NCBI GenBank assembly: GCA_041577295.1
Contig: JBFGJG010000022.1
Span: forward strand, 1 to 64,000
Direction of reading: 5' to 3'
DNA: 64,000 bases
From: Gemmatimonadales bacterium
GTDB taxonomy: Bacteria; Gemmatimonadota; Gemmatimonadetes; Gemmatimonadales; GWC2-71-9
Under the pieces are notes generated by a model, which was given only the letters and a program-made list of their open reading frames with translations, ran no database searches and was not told the DNA's origin. Position 1 is the stretch's first letter; each line of letters begins with the position of its first letter. Of this stretch, positions 37,862 through 48,314 are shown in pieces. The position numbers and the translations under genes were made by a program.

Positions 37862-39915
37862 TGGACTACGCGTTGCTTCCCACCGCCGCCATTGCCGCCG
37901 GCGTGTTCGGCTTGATCGTCGCGCTGGTCACGTTTCTGTACATCCGCAAACAGCCCAATGGCAGCGACCGGATGCGCGAGATCGAAGAACTCGTGTTCAC
38001 GGGCGCCATGGCCTTTCTCCGGCGCGAGTACACAGCCCTGATTCCATTCCTGGCAATCGTGGCGGTGCTGCTCGGATGGCTCATCGGATGGCGCACGGCC
38101 GCCGCGTACCTCGGCGGCGGCATTTGCTCGATCCTCGCCGGCTATTTCGGCATGCGAGCAGCGACACGCGCCAACGCGCGCACGAGCGAAGCCGCGCGGG
38201 CAAAAGGCCAGGCGATGGCACTGCGCATCGCCTTCAACGGCGGTGCCGTCATGGGGCTGTCGGTGGCGAGCCTGGGGCTCCTCGGGATCGGCATCGTCAT
38301 GCAGGTATTCATGGGATCGCCCGCGGACGAGACGGGGTGGCAGGCGTTCAGCGAGATCATCACTGGGTTCGCCATGGGGGCGTCGTCGATCGCGCTCTTC
38401 GCTCGCGTGGGCGGTGGGATCTATACCAAGGCGGCCGACGTGGGTGCCGACCTCGTCGGCAAAGTCGAAGCGGGGATTCCGGAAGACGACCCACGGAACC
38501 CGGCAACCATTGCCGATAACGTGGGTGACAACGTGGGAGACGTGGCGGGCATGGGTGCGGACATTTTCGAGAGCTACGTCGGCGCCGTCATCGCCACGAT
38601 CGCCATCGCCGCGACCAGTCCGCTCGTGACGAACCGGATGGAGGCTGTCGCCCTCCCGGTCATTTACATCCTCGTCGGGCTCGCCGCGAGCCTAATCGCG
38701 GTGTGGCTCTTCCGACTCCTCGAGCAATTCAATCCGGCCGGAGCGCTGCGGTGGGCCACCTTCATCGCCGCGGGGCTCTTTCTTGCCGCAGCGTACTTCA
38801 TCACGCAGCGGATCGACATTGGCCTCATGCAGGCCGATGGACCGGCAAGCGCCCTGGGTCCGTTTTGGGCCGTCGTCGTGGGCACCATCGCCGGCATCTT
38901 GATCGGCCTGGCCACGGAGTACTACACGGCCGCAAGACCGATCCGGACGATCGCGGAAGCTTCGCTCACCGGACCCGCAACCAACATCATCTCAGGGCTG
39001 GCCGTGGGCATGCGCTCCACCGCCGTCCCAATGCTCGTGATCGCCGGTGCGATCTACGTGGCGTACTCGAGCGCCGGTCTGTACGGAATCGGCATCGCGG
39101 CCGTCGGCATGCTCGCAACCGTGGGTGTCACCATGTCCGTGGATGCGTACGGCCCCATCGCCGACAACGCCGGCGGCATCAGTGAGATGAGCGGTTTGGG
39201 CCCAGACGTGCGTCGCATCACCGACAGCCTCGATGCGCTGGGCAATACGACTGCTGCCATCGGAAAGGGCTTTGCCATAGGTTCCGCGGCGCTCACCGCA
39301 CTCGCGCTCTTTTCCGCCTACACGAACGCCGTGACACCCGCGGGATCTCCACCAGTGGTGCTCGACATCGTCGACCCCAGAGTCGTCATCGGGATCTTCC
39401 TCGGCGGGATTCTGCCGTTCTTCATCGCGGCGGCCACCATGACTGCTGTGGGGCGTGCCGCTGAGGGGATGGTGCAGGAGGTGCGACGCCAGTTCAAGGA
39501 GATCGCGGGCCTGATGGAAGGAAAGGCGCGACCCGACAGCGCACGGTGCGTGGACATCTCGACGCGCGCCGCCCTTCGCGAGATGATCCTCCCCGGAATC
39601 ACGGCTATCGTAGCACCGGTTTTCGTGGGCAAACTGCTTGGCGTTGAGACGCTCGGCGGTTTGCTCGCGGGCGCCACCCTGACGGGAGTGATGATGGCGC
39701 TCTTCATGGCCAACGCCGGTGGCGCCTGGGACAATGCGAAGAAGTACATCGAAGGCGGGGCGCACGGCGGGAAGGGCTCCGAGCCACACAAAGCCGCGGT
39801 AGTGGGCGACACGGTGGGCGACCCCTTCAAGGACACGAGCGGCCCGTCGCTCAACATCCTGATCAAGCTCATGTCCGTCGTGAGCCTCGTCCTGGCCCCG
39901 TGGCTGATACAGTGA
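37858..39915 (+). CDS. hppA: Membrane-bound pyrophosphatase, K+-dependent (probably Na+-translocating)
   Basis: [36 protein letters not shown]. Confidence 0.95.
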   Translation: MMDYALLPTAAIAAGVFGLIVALVTFLYIRKQPNGSDRMREIEELVFTGAMAFLRREYTALIPFLAIVAVLLGWLIGWRTAAAYLGGGICSILAGYFGMRAATRANARTSEAARAKGQAMALRIAFNGGAVMGLSVASLGLLGIGIVMQVFMGSPADETGWQAFSEIITGFAMGASSIALFARVGGGIYTKAADVGADLVGKVEAGIPEDDPRNPATIADNVGDNVGDVAGMGADIFESYVGAVIATIAIAATSPLVTNRMEAVALPVIYILVGLAASLIAVWLFRLLEQFNPAGALRWATFIAAGLFLAAAYFITQRIDIGLMQADGPASALGPFWAVVVGTIAGILIGLATEYYTAARPIRTIAEASLTGPATNIISGLAVGMRSTAVPMLVIAGAIYVAYSSAGLYGIGIAAVGMLATVGVTMSVDAYGPIADNAGGISEMSGLGPDVRRITDSLDALGNTTAAIGKGFAIGSAALTALALFSAYTNAVTPAGSPPVVLDIVDPRVVIGIFLGGILPFFIAAATMTAVGRAAEGMVQEVRRQFKEIAGLMEGKARPDSARCVDISTRAALREMILPGITAIVAPVFVGKLLGVETLGGLLAGATLTGVMMALFMANAGGAWDNAKKYIEGGAHGGKGSEPHKAAVVGDTVGDPFKDTSGPSLNILIKLMSVVSLVLAPWLIQ

Positions 39916-40067
39916 ACGCAGTGTAGAGTGAGCACGCCGTGAACCGAGAGTAGCGAGCGGGAGCGCGCCTGGCCCTTCCAAGCGACCCGGCGCCGCGTCC
40001 CGCTCACTGCTCCGTCTCGTTCACTAAAGCTCCCTGCCTACTGCTCACTCTTCACAGCGTACTGCAG
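39913..40067. repeat. Opposed degenerate heptamer arrays filling the hppA-ychF spacer
   Basis: 40034-40061 CTGCCTA CTGCTCA CTCTTCA CAGCGTA; upstream TGAGCAC/TGAACCG/CGAGCGG run. Confidence 0.65.
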
Positions 40068-40069
40068 TC

Positions 40070-41167
40070 ATGCGCTTTGGTATCATCGGACTTCCCAACG
40101 TCGGCAAATCAACGCTGTTCAACGCGCTGACAGCGGCGGAGGCGGCGGCGGAGAACTACCCATTTTGTACGGTGGAGCCCAACGTGGGCGTGGTCGCGGT
40201 GCCCGACCCACGTCTCGATGCGCTGGCGACGTTGGTCAACCCCCCAAAGGTCACCCCCGCCTTCGTGGAATTCGTCGACATCGCTGGGCTCGTGGAAGGT
40301 GCGAGCCGCGGAGAGGGATTGGGCAATCAGTTCCTCAGTCACATCCGCGAAGTGGATGCGGTGGTCCACGTGGTGCGCTGCTTCGATGATCCGGACGTCA
40401 CGCACGTCACCGGCTCCGTCGACCCGGAACGGGACCACGACATCATCACCGCCGAGCTGGCACTGTCGGATCTCGCTGTGGTCGAGCGACGGCTCGAAAA
40501 GATTCAGAAGACAGCTCGCAGCGGGAACAAAGAGCATCAGGTTGAGGCGACGTTTCTCGAGCGAGTGGTCGCGGAGCTCAACGAGGGACGCGGGGCGAGA
40601 GAGGCCGTGCGGGACGCGCTGGAGCTGCGGGTCATTCGCCAGCTCGGTTTGCTCACCGCCAAGCCCATTCTTTATGCGGCGAACGTCGATGAGTCCGAGC
40701 TCTCTACTGGAGGTGGTGCTCCGGTCGAGGCGCTCCGTCGCGCGGCGCGGCTCCACCACGAGGAGGCGGAAATCGTCGTTTTTTCGGCGCGCTTCGAGGC
40801 CGAGCTGATCGAGCTTCCGCAGTTTGAGCGCGAAGAGTTTTTGCGGACCGCCGGCGTCGAGGAGCCCGGACTCGAGCGGCTCATCCATGCCAGCTACCGG
40901 CTCCTCAGGCTTGAAACGTTCTTCACGGTAGGAGAAAAAGAGGTCCGCGCCTGGACAATTCGCCGGGGCGCTACGGCCTTCGAGGCAGCCGGAGAGATCC
41001 ACACGGACTTCCAGCGCGGCTTCATCCGAGCCGAGACGATCCCTGTGGAGGATTTTTTGCGGATTCGCTCGTACAAGGCCGCCCGCGAGAAGGGCCTCAT
41101 CCGCAGTGAGGGGAGGGATTACGTGGTGCAGGACGGGGACGTGTTGTTGTTCCGCTTCAATGTGTAG
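40070..41167 (+). CDS. ychF: Redox-regulated ATPase YchF
   Basis: GLPNVGKST, ENYPFCT, DIAGLV.GAS.GEGLGNQFL, EGRDYVVQDGD. Confidence 0.97.
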   Translation: MRFGIIGLPNVGKSTLFNALTAAEAAAENYPFCTVEPNVGVVAVPDPRLDALATLVNPPKVTPAFVEFVDIAGLVEGASRGEGLGNQFLSHIREVDAVVHVVRCFDDPDVTHVTGSVDPERDHDIITAELALSDLAVVERRLEKIQKTARSGNKEHQVEATFLERVVAELNEGRGAREAVRDALELRVIRQLGLLTAKPILYAANVDESELSTGGGAPVEALRRAARLHHEEAEIVVFSARFEAELIELPQFEREEFLRTAGVEEPGLERLIHASYRLLRLETFFTVGEKEVRAWTIRRGATAFEAAGEIHTDFQRGFIRAETIPVEDFLRIRSYKAAREKGLIRSEGRDYVVQDGDVLLFRFNV

Positions 41168-41280
41168 CACGGGGGCGGTGAGGGGGCTGTAAGTGGTGCT
41201 ATCCGCCGTTCGCTACCCACCACCCACACCTCCCCCTTCCCCTCTCCACGGCCAACCTACTACCTTCGATTGTTCACATA

Positions 41281-41330
41281 TCCCCTACTCCACCCTACAC
41301 CTGGGTGGGGTCTCACGTCCAAAGGGAGGT
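41281..41330 (+). ncRNA. Candidate S6:S18 ribosomal protein leader
   Basis: 5' TCCCCT can pair with the AGGGAG RBS; inner hairpin CTCCACCC/GGGTGGGG; CC in the 3' internal loop; directly before rpsF. Confidence 0.55.
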
Positions 41331-41333
41331 GTC

Positions 41334-41708
41334 ATGGCTCGTCAGTACGAGATCGTCTACATCTTCGATAGTTCCCTCGAGGAAGCGCAGGTAAATGAGC
41401 ATCTGACGCGATTCCACGAGCTGCTGCGCGGCTCGGGGACAGCGGATCCCGTGACCGCACTGAATCACTGGGGCAAGCGTACCTTGGCCTATCCGATCAA
41501 GAAAAAGGAACTTGGCTACTACGTGGTCGTGCAGTTCGAGTGCGAGCCGGAAGCGCTTCCCGAGTTCGAACGGGCGCTCAAGCTCGATGAAGCCGTACTG
41601 CGCTACTTGATCGTGATAAACGAGGGAATTGCGCCCGCCACCGTCGGCGCGACACTTTCGGCGGATGACGACTCCGATGAACCTATCGGTGAGGAGGACG
41701 ACGAATGA
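41334..41708 (+). CDS. rpsF: 30S ribosomal protein S6
   Basis: [34 protein letters not shown]. Confidence 0.96.
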   Translation: MARQYEIVYIFDSSLEEAQVNEHLTRFHELLRGSGTADPVTALNHWGKRTLAYPIKKKELGYYVVVQFECEPEALPEFERALKLDEAVLRYLIVINEGIAPATVGATLSADDDSDEPIGEEDDE

Positions 41709-41923
41709 GAGGTCGCAAGCCCTGCCCCATTTGCGAATCGAGCATACGATTCATCGACTACAAGGACGAACGCCTCCTCAGCCGCTTCACCACGGAGCGC
41801 GGCAAGATCTTACCGAGTCGCCTCTCGGGGATCTGCGCGCGCCATCAGCGACAGCTGTCGACAGCCATTAAGCGCGCGCGCTACATCGCGTTGCTGCCCT
41901 TCATCAAGGGGTTCGTGGGTTAG
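41705..41923 (+). CDS. rpsR: 30S ribosomal protein S18 (Zn-binding type)
   Basis: CPIC, IDYKD, RGKILP, CARHQR, AIKRAR. Confidence 0.97.
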   Translation: MRGRKPCPICESSIRFIDYKDERLLSRFTTERGKILPSRLSGICARHQRQLSTAIKRARYIALLPFIKGFVG

Positions 41924-41925
41924 CG

Positions 41926-42879
41926 GTGGCGGAACGCCGGTGGGGATGGCTGATCGTGGGGGCGACGGCGTTCTCCGTGGTAGCACACCCTGGTCTCTTC
42001 GCGCTCCCATTCGCCATTCTGCTGCTCGTCTCCCGCCCACAGACCCGGGTGGAGCACGTGGCCCTGGGTGTGGCCGGTGGCTTCGCTCTATGGTGGCTGC
42101 TGTCCCCCGGTAACTTGCCGGATCAAGTCGTGCGCGCCGCTGCCTTGTTCAGCGCGCTCGCCTTCACGGTGACGACACTGCGCTCCAAGGCATCCGTGAC
42201 GCACCGAGCCCTCCATGCGGTGGCGGTGGCCGGAGCGGGTGTGACGACGCTCTTGCTGCTGCTGGGTTCGTCGTGGGGGGAGCTACGCTGGTGGGTGTCT
42301 CATCAAACCGGGCTCACGGCCCGTGCATTCCTGGGCACGGTCCTGGCAACGACGCCGGTGACCGCCGGGAGCGATTCCACGACCGTCGAGCAAACGGCGA
42401 TGGAGCAGCTCCAACGGTGGTTTGCGGAGGCGATCCCGGTGGTCGCGGAATTCTATCCCGCCCTCCTCGCGGTGCAGCTGCTCATTGGGATTGCTCTCGG
42501 GACGGCCCTGTATCAGCGCGTCGCGACACGGCCTCGGGGCACGCCACCGGATTCCTGGATGAACTTTCGCTTCACCGAACATTTGAACTGGGCTGCCGCT
42601 GCGGCGCTGATCATCGTGCTGCTCCCCAAGCTCGCCACCGCCAAGTTGGCCGCTGGAAACCTCCTCGTCGTGTCAGCTGCTTTATATGCCGTGCGGGGCA
42701 TAGCGGTCGCGGCGGTGGGGCTCCAGGTGGCAGGTGGGGGCGGCGTCTTCTTGACCGTATTGTTGGCAGCCATTTTTCTTTTTCTCACACCGATCGTGCT
42801 CGCCGGAGCCATGCTGCTCGGCGTCCTGGACACTCGTCTGGACCTCAGGCGCCGGTGGGGCACCAAAACTGCTGCTTAG
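41926..42879 (+). CDS. DUF2232/YybS-like membrane protein
   Basis: Multi-TM, terminal LGVLDTRLDLRRR, typical location between rpsR and rplI. Confidence 0.8.
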   Translation: MAERRWGWLIVGATAFSVVAHPGLFALPFAILLLVSRPQTRVEHVALGVAGGFALWWLLSPGNLPDQVVRAAALFSALAFTVTTLRSKASVTHRALHAVAVAGAGVTTLLLLLGSSWGELRWWVSHQTGLTARAFLGTVLATTPVTAGSDSTTVEQTAMEQLQRWFAEAIPVVAEFYPALLAVQLLIGIALGTALYQRVATRPRGTPPDSWMNFRFTEHLNWAAAAALIIVLLPKLATAKLAAGNLLVVSAALYAVRGIAVAAVGLQVAGGGGVFLTVLLAAIFLFLTPIVLAGAMLLGVLDTRLDLRRRWGTKTAA

Positions 42880-42898
42880 CGAGAACGGATCAATCATT

Positions 42899-43342
42899 AT
42901 GGAGATCATTCTGAGAGAGACGGTTCCCGAGCTGGGTCGGGCCGGCACACTCCTACACGTGAAGGATGGGTACGCACGCAACTATCTGATCCCCCGCGGC
43001 CTGGCCTATCAGGCCACGGAAGCCAACAAGCGGCGGGCCGCGGCCGAAGCGAAGCGACACGCCGATCGACTGGCGACGGAACAGTCGGAGGCAGAGGAGA
43101 TCTCCGCGAAACTCACGGATCTCTCGCTCACCTTCACTGCGAAGGTCGGTGAGGGCGACAAGTTGTTCGGATCCATCACGGCCTCCGATATCGCCGGGAA
43201 GCTGGGCGAAGCCGGATTCCGGATCGACAAGCGGAGCATCGAGCTCCACGAACCCATTAAGATGATCGGTATCTACAAGGTGCCGATCCGTCTGCATCCC
43301 GATGTTCGTCCCGAGATTCGCGTCTGGGTCGTGAAGGAGTAG
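42899..43342 (+). CDS. rplI: 50S ribosomal protein L9
   Basis: VKDGYARNYLIPRG, KLFGSIT. Confidence 0.97.
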   Translation: MEIILRETVPELGRAGTLLHVKDGYARNYLIPRGLAYQATEANKRRAAAEAKRHADRLATEQSEAEEISAKLTDLSLTFTAKVGEGDKLFGSITASDIAGKLGEAGFRIDKRSIELHEPIKMIGIYKVPIRLHPDVRPEIRVWVVKE

Positions 43343-45192
43343 TGTCGCCCCGCACCGCCGGCATCGTCTACCTGAGCGGGCCCAGGCTGCGGCGTTGTCT
43401 GCTCGCAGCGGCGGATTGGGTCGACGCCGCACGAGAAGAGCTGAACCGGATCAACGTGTTCCCCGTTCCTGACGGCGATACGGGTACCAACTTCGCCATG
43501 ACGCTCAGGGCGACGGCAGAGCAGGTTCGCGCGCTCCGACCGGCCGCCGCCCTCCCAACCGTGGCCAAGACCATGGCGGAGGCGTGCATCTTTGGTGCTC
43601 GGGGCAACTCCGGAATGCTGCTGTCGCAATTCATTTTGGGCTTCCGCGAGGGGCTTGGCGATACCGTCCGTGCCACCGTGCACGAGGTAGCGGCCGCCAT
43701 CCGCGTTGGCGCCGATCGCCTGGCGCGATCGCTCGACGAACCGGTGGAAGGCACCATCCTGACGGTGAGCCGCGACGTCGCCCATCACGCCGAACGCTCC
43801 GCGCGTGAAACGAGCAATTTCGAGACGTTGATGCGCGAGGTGTTAACCGCCGGGCGAGAGTCGCTCAGCCAGACCCCGGAGTTGCTCGCGGTGCTCAAGG
43901 AGTCGGGCGTAGTGGACGCCGGGGCGAAGGCGTTTGTGCGGATCTGGGAAGGAATCGTCCGCTTGATTGAAGGCGATCCCATCCTCACCGCTCCCGACCG
44001 CAAGACGTACCAAGTAGTACCCGATGCAGCCCGCGTGGCCAATGTGGCGGCCGATCGTGACTACCAGTTTTGCACCGAAGTTCTCGTCCGCGGCGAGGCA
44101 TTTCCTCCCACAACTGACGTGCGCGCGGCCTTGCGCGAGCTGGGCGGGTCGATTGTCGTGCTTACAACCGAAGACCTTCTCAAGGTGCACGTGCACACGA
44201 ACAGTCCCGATCGCTTGTTTGCGCTCGTCGCCGAATGGGGGGTGATCGAGACCACCAAGGCGGACGATATGCGGGAGCAGCACCGGGGCCGCCACGGTCG
44301 TCGCCGCAAGATCGCCGTTCTTGCGGACTCCTCCTGCGACCTGCCGGATGAGGTGGTGGACGCGCACGGCATTATCGTCGTCCCGCTGCAAGTCATTGAG
44401 GGTGAGCGCACCTACCTCGACCGGGTGGAAATCCGCGGCGCTGAGATCTACGCAGGGATGCGGCAAGGTGAGCGTCGCTTTACGACATCGCAACCGACGC
44501 CTGGGGCGCTCCGTGAAGCGCTCGCCGATGCGAAGGAAGAAGCCGAGGAGGTCGTCGCAATCCTCATCGGGGGAACGCTATCGGGCACCTTTGCGTCCGC
44601 ACAGGCGACGGTTGAGGTCACGGGCCTCGACGGCATCCGCCTCGTTGACTCTCGCACGACGTCGTTTGGGTTGGGGCTCCTCGTACTGCGTGCCGCCGAG
44701 TTGGCCGAAGCCGGCTGGAGCGCCGAGCGCATCGTGAAGGAGATCACGCGACTCAGACGGAAGGCCGGTGCGTTCTTCACGGTCGACACGTTTGAGCACC
44801 TGCAGCGCTCCGGACGCGTAGGGCGCGGGCGAGCGTGGCTCGGCAGCTTGCTCGACATTAAACCCGTTCTCGAAGTCGACCCAGACGGCAACGTGCTGAC
44901 GCTCGACCGCGTACGCGGGCGAGCGGGTTTGGTTGACCGCGTACTCGAGCATATCGACCGACGCCTCATGCCACGGCCGGGCGCAGTACGCTTCGCAATC
45001 GGCCACGCCGATGCGACGGACGTCGCCGAACGATTACGCGACGAGTTGGTCCGTCGATACTCACCGCGGGACTGCCTCGTCAATCACATTACTGCTGCGC
45101 TCGGCGTCCACACGGGTCCCGGAGCGTGGGGTATATTCTATCAAATTGAGGATCCCCCATCGGAACGCGACGAAAAGCTCAGCCGAAGCTAG
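43342..45192 (+). CDS. DAK2 (FakA-like) - DegV (FakB-like) fusion protein
   Basis: LNRINVFPVPDGDTGTN, GARGNSG, GVVDAG, KVHVHT; then DSSCDLP, TTSQPTPG, SGRVG, HTGPG. Confidence 0.9.
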   Translation: MSPRTAGIVYLSGPRLRRCLLAAADWVDAAREELNRINVFPVPDGDTGTNFAMTLRATAEQVRALRPAAALPTVAKTMAEACIFGARGNSGMLLSQFILGFREGLGDTVRATVHEVAAAIRVGADRLARSLDEPVEGTILTVSRDVAHHAERSARETSNFETLMREVLTAGRESLSQTPELLAVLKESGVVDAGAKAFVRIWEGIVRLIEGDPILTAPDRKTYQVVPDAARVANVAADRDYQFCTEVLVRGEAFPPTTDVRAALRELGGSIVVLTTEDLLKVHVHTNSPDRLFALVAEWGVIETTKADDMREQHRGRHGRRRKIAVLADSSCDLPDEVVDAHGIIVVPLQVIEGERTYLDRVEIRGAEIYAGMRQGERRFTTSQPTPGALREALADAKEEAEEVVAILIGGTLSGTFASAQATVEVTGLDGIRLVDSRTTSFGLGLLVLRAAELAEAGWSAERIVKEITRLRRKAGAFFTVDTFEHLQRSGRVGRGRAWLGSLLDIKPVLEVDPDGNVLTLDRVRGRAGLVDRVLEHIDRRLMPRPGAVRFAIGHADATDVAERLRDELVRRYSPRDCLVNHITAALGVHTGPGAWGIFYQIEDPPSERDEKLSRS

Positions 45193-45233
45193 CTCGCCGC
45201 AGCGCGCGCATCGTTGAGGATCAGCGTCGCGAT

Positions 45234-45569
45234 TTGCGACTCGCGGTGGGGACACTGGACGAGCGCAAAGCGCTCGAGATCGTTGTGCTGGATCTGCGAC
45301 AGCTGAGTGACGCGACCGACTACTTCGTGATCGCCTCGGGGACGTCAGATACGCATGTCCGCGCCCTTGGCGAGCACGTCGTGGAAGCGCTCAAGCGCGC
45401 TGGACGGCGTCCGCACCACGAGGAGGGACTCAGGGCGGGAAGGTGGGCCCTCCTCGATTTCGTGGATTTCGTGGTCCACATCTTTCACCCAGCGGTACGG
45501 GACTTCTATCAGTTGGAGCGGCTGTGGGCCGATGCTCCCACGGTGCCGTTGGACACGAACGATGCGTAG
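45234..45569 (+). CDS. rsfS: Ribosome silencing factor
   Basis: DYFVIASG, WALLDF, VHIF, RDFYQLERLW; start uncertain. Confidence 0.92.
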   Translation: MRLAVGTLDERKALEIVVLDLRQLSDATDYFVIASGTSDTHVRALGEHVVEALKRAGRRPHHEEGLRAGRWALLDFVDFVVHIFHPAVRDFYQLERLWADAPTVPLDTNDA

Positions 45570-46989
45570 GCCAAAGAAAGACGGTGTGATGATTGAACGG
45601 TGGATGCGCACAGTCGTCGTTGCCGCTGCGCTTGGCTGTGTCGTGGGGTGCAACTCCCAAACACCACCAAACCCGGTCAAGGAAGCGATCGCACAAGGGG
45701 TGTCGATCGCCGAGGAAAACCTTTCGGTGGCGTTCCGGCTGCCGACCGACCGCCGCGAAGCCGCTCGAGTCTACCGCCTTCCGGGCCTTACACCGATCGA
45801 CTGGGAGCCGAGCGGCCAAGGACCGCTCGTCAGCACCGTCGTGGGGTTCGCTCCCGATGAGGAGGTCCTGTATGGGCAAACCGCGGCGGGGCAGCTGATC
45901 GCGTGGGACTTAACCACCGGGCGCGCGCGGACCGTCGACACCAGCGTGGTCGAGGCAACTGTGGGTCCGGGTGGCGTTCCATACCTCATTCGGCAGGATG
46001 GGTCTATCGCGCGGGTCACACGTCGTAGCGTGCAATCGTGGTCCAACCGGGTTGAGCCACTGCCCGTGGCGCTCTGGGGTGCCGCGCGCAGCCGGCTCGT
46101 GGCACTCGCCGAGGTGGAAAACGGTGACCGTTTCCTCATGGGCCTCGCTGACGGACGCCCGCCAGTGATCCACCGTCTGCCGGCCGGGACGTTGGCGATC
46201 TCGCCATGGGGCGACGTTGCCGTGGTTAGCACGGACTCGGGACTCGTCGTCTTTGAACCCGCCGACTCGACCCCACCACGGTTTGAGCGTGTCAGGCCTG
46301 CCCCCGGACCGGTAGCCATCTCTGCCGCCGCCCACCACATCTACACGGTCGACGCTGAGAATCGACTGCTCGCTTACGACCGGTTTGACCTCGATCGGTT
46401 GCGACGGATTGAGCTGCCTGACATGGCGGAGGCGCTGCGCGTCGATCCGCTCGGGAAACTCTTGCTCGTGCGCGCGGCCGACGGTGAGACAATTTGGGTA
46501 GTCGATCTCACGCGTTGGGAAATCGCCGCCACCCTTGCCGGCGGCTGGAGTGACGATCTTCCGGCGGTCGCGGCCGACGGTACGATCTTGCTCCGCCAGG
46601 GAGACGATGTTGTTGCGCTGGCAGCCGAGACGTTCGCCGCGGTCGACCGGATCGAGGGCGGCGCAAAAGACCTATGGCAGACCGCGCGGTGGGATCCGAA
46701 ACGTCCGACACTACAGCTGGCGCGCGACACGGTGCCGGAGACAGCCCCACGCGGCGGGGCCTTTTACGTGCAGGTGAGCAGCACGCGAAACGCCGCGTGG
46801 GCCGAAGACTTCGCACAGAACCTGAAACGTGCGGGAATGGACGCGATCGTGCTCACACCTCGCGCCACGGACGACCTCTATCGCGTGGTGCTCGGCCCGT
46901 ACCCGACTCGTGAGGCCGCGGAGTTGGTGAGCCGCCGGCTGGGCCTCCCGTCCTGGATTACCACTCGAGACACGACGAGCGCGCAGTGA
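45562..46989 (+). CDS. Lipoprotein with beta-propeller-like body and C-terminal SPOR domain
   Basis: Lipobox VVGC; FYVQVSS...YRVVLGPYPTREAA; start among several nearby ATG/GTG codons. Confidence 0.78.
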   Translation: MRRPKKDGVMIERWMRTVVVAAALGCVVGCNSQTPPNPVKEAIAQGVSIAEENLSVAFRLPTDRREAARVYRLPGLTPIDWEPSGQGPLVSTVVGFAPDEEVLYGQTAAGQLIAWDLTTGRARTVDTSVVEATVGPGGVPYLIRQDGSIARVTRRSVQSWSNRVEPLPVALWGAARSRLVALAEVENGDRFLMGLADGRPPVIHRLPAGTLAISPWGDVAVVSTDSGLVVFEPADSTPPRFERVRPAPGPVAISAAAHHIYTVDAENRLLAYDRFDLDRLRRIELPDMAEALRVDPLGKLLLVRAADGETIWVVDLTRWEIAATLAGGWSDDLPAVAADGTILLRQGDDVVALAAETFAAVDRIEGGAKDLWQTARWDPKRPTLQLARDTVPETAPRGGAFYVQVSSTRNAAWAEDFAQNLKRAGMDAIVLTPRATDDLYRVVLGPYPTREAAELVSRRLGLPSWITTRDTTSAQ

Positions 46990-48314
46990 CCGCTGAAACT
47001 GTTGTCCGTTCGCAGCTCAGTACCGTCTTCCCGGAGCAGTTTCAGGGAGCCACCGTCATCGTGCTCACGCCGGCCGGTAAAGACCTGGCATGGGCCGCGG
47101 AGGCCGCCTGGGCCATTGCGAGAGCGGTTGCCCGGCGAGACCGCCGAGTCGCCCTCGTCGATCTGAGCTTGACAGAGCGGGCGCTCGAGCCGGGGACGAG
47201 TCAGGAATCGGAGCGAGAGCCGCAGAACGAAGAGGGAATCGTCGAGGCATTCCTGCACGGCGTCTCCTTGCAACAAGTCGTGCGCCAGATGGACGTTCCC
47301 GGCTTGTTCTTCATCGGAGTGGGTGCAGAGCCGCACAACCTCGTCGAAATCTGGAGCTCGCAGCGGTGGGATCGTATCACTCGCGGGTTTGCCGAGGAGG
47401 GGGCGTTGCTCTTGTTGTTCGTCCCGCCGAAGGCGTTACAACATCTCCGCCCCCACCCGGATCGACTCATCACGCTGGGAACCATCACGGACTTAGAGGT
47501 CTCATCCGCGACCGGTCGCGTGGCGTCGAGTGGCGTCGGCGTGACACATCTGATTCCCGATCCTCCGGCGCAGGAGATCTCGCCGGCATCCGTGGCGTTG
47601 TGGTCATCACACATCGCTAAGCACCGGCGTGGCAGGTCACGGGTAAAACGAACGGCGATCATGGGGTTGGTGCTCGCCACGCTGGTGGCCGTGGGGTTCT
47701 TCTTACGGAGGGCGCGGCCGGTCCAGCCACCGGAGCCAGCCCCCGCAGCGGACACCATGACGTCCGCACCCCAAACCACCGCACCCGTCCCGACACCGCC
47801 GGCCACACAGCCAGTGGCTACGCGATCCGGTTCCGCTGACGACACACTGTTCTACTCGGTGCAAGTGGCGTCTTTCAAGACGCAGACCCGCGCCATCGAG
47901 CACGCGCGGGCGTATGAGACGCGCGGATGGCCGACCACGCTCACCCCAGTGCGGTTGGGGCTCCAAGGTGTGTGGTATCGGGTGATGGTAGGTGCGTTTG
48001 GCTCTCCGGTAGCTGCCGATACGGCACTCCGGCGATTCTATCGATTGGAACTGCTCGATCATCCCAACGGCACCATCCTACGGACGCCCCACATGATCAG
48101 CCTCGACCTTCACTCGGACAGCGCATCTGGGGCAGCCGAGGTTGCACGCCTTCGCGCGGCTGAGATCCCCGCGTACATTGTGAGATCCTCAGACGGGTAT
48201 CGCGTCGTGGTCGGAGCGTTCGAAACACCGGAACAGGCTTCTCTCATGGATTCGATCATCTCGAGCGGTGGCATCCGCGGGACGCTCAGCTCGCGCGTGG
48301 GACGCCGTCGATGA
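46986..48314 (+). CDS. Membrane protein with degenerate MinD/BY-kinase-like N-terminus and SPOR domains
   Basis: RRVALVDL, single TM, YSVQVASF...WYRVMVGAF and YRVVVGAF. Confidence 0.75.
   Translation: MTAETVVRSQLSTVFPEQFQGATVIVLTPAGKDLAWAAEAAWAIARAVARRDRRVALVDLSLTERALEPGTSQESEREPQNEEGIVEAFLHGVSLQQVVRQMDVPGLFFIGVGAEPHNLVEIWSSQRWDRITRGFAEEGALLLLFVPPKALQHLRPHPDRLITLGTITDLEVSSATGRVASSGVGVTHLIPDPPAQEISPASVALWSSHIAKHRRGRSRVKRTAIMGLVLATLVAVGFFLRRARPVQPPEPAPAADTMTSAPQTTAPVPTPPATQPVATRSGSADDTLFYSVQVASFKTQTRAIEHARAYETRGWPTTLTPVRLGLQGVWYRVMVGAFGSPVAADTALRRFYRLELLDHPNGTILRTPHMISLDLHSDSASGAAEVARLRAAEIPAYIVRSSDGYRVVVGAFETPEQASLMDSIISSGGIRGTLSSRVGRRR

Noticed and set aside
39913..40067. Intergenic repeats as a CRISPR array
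   Set aside because: Units are 7 nt, degenerate and tandem, with no unique spacers and no cas genes
45148..45236. Possible ATC start for rsfS at 45159 after GAGG
   Set aside because: The frame is open there, but the in-frame TTG at 45234 already gives a normal-length protein; no evidence to prefer ATC
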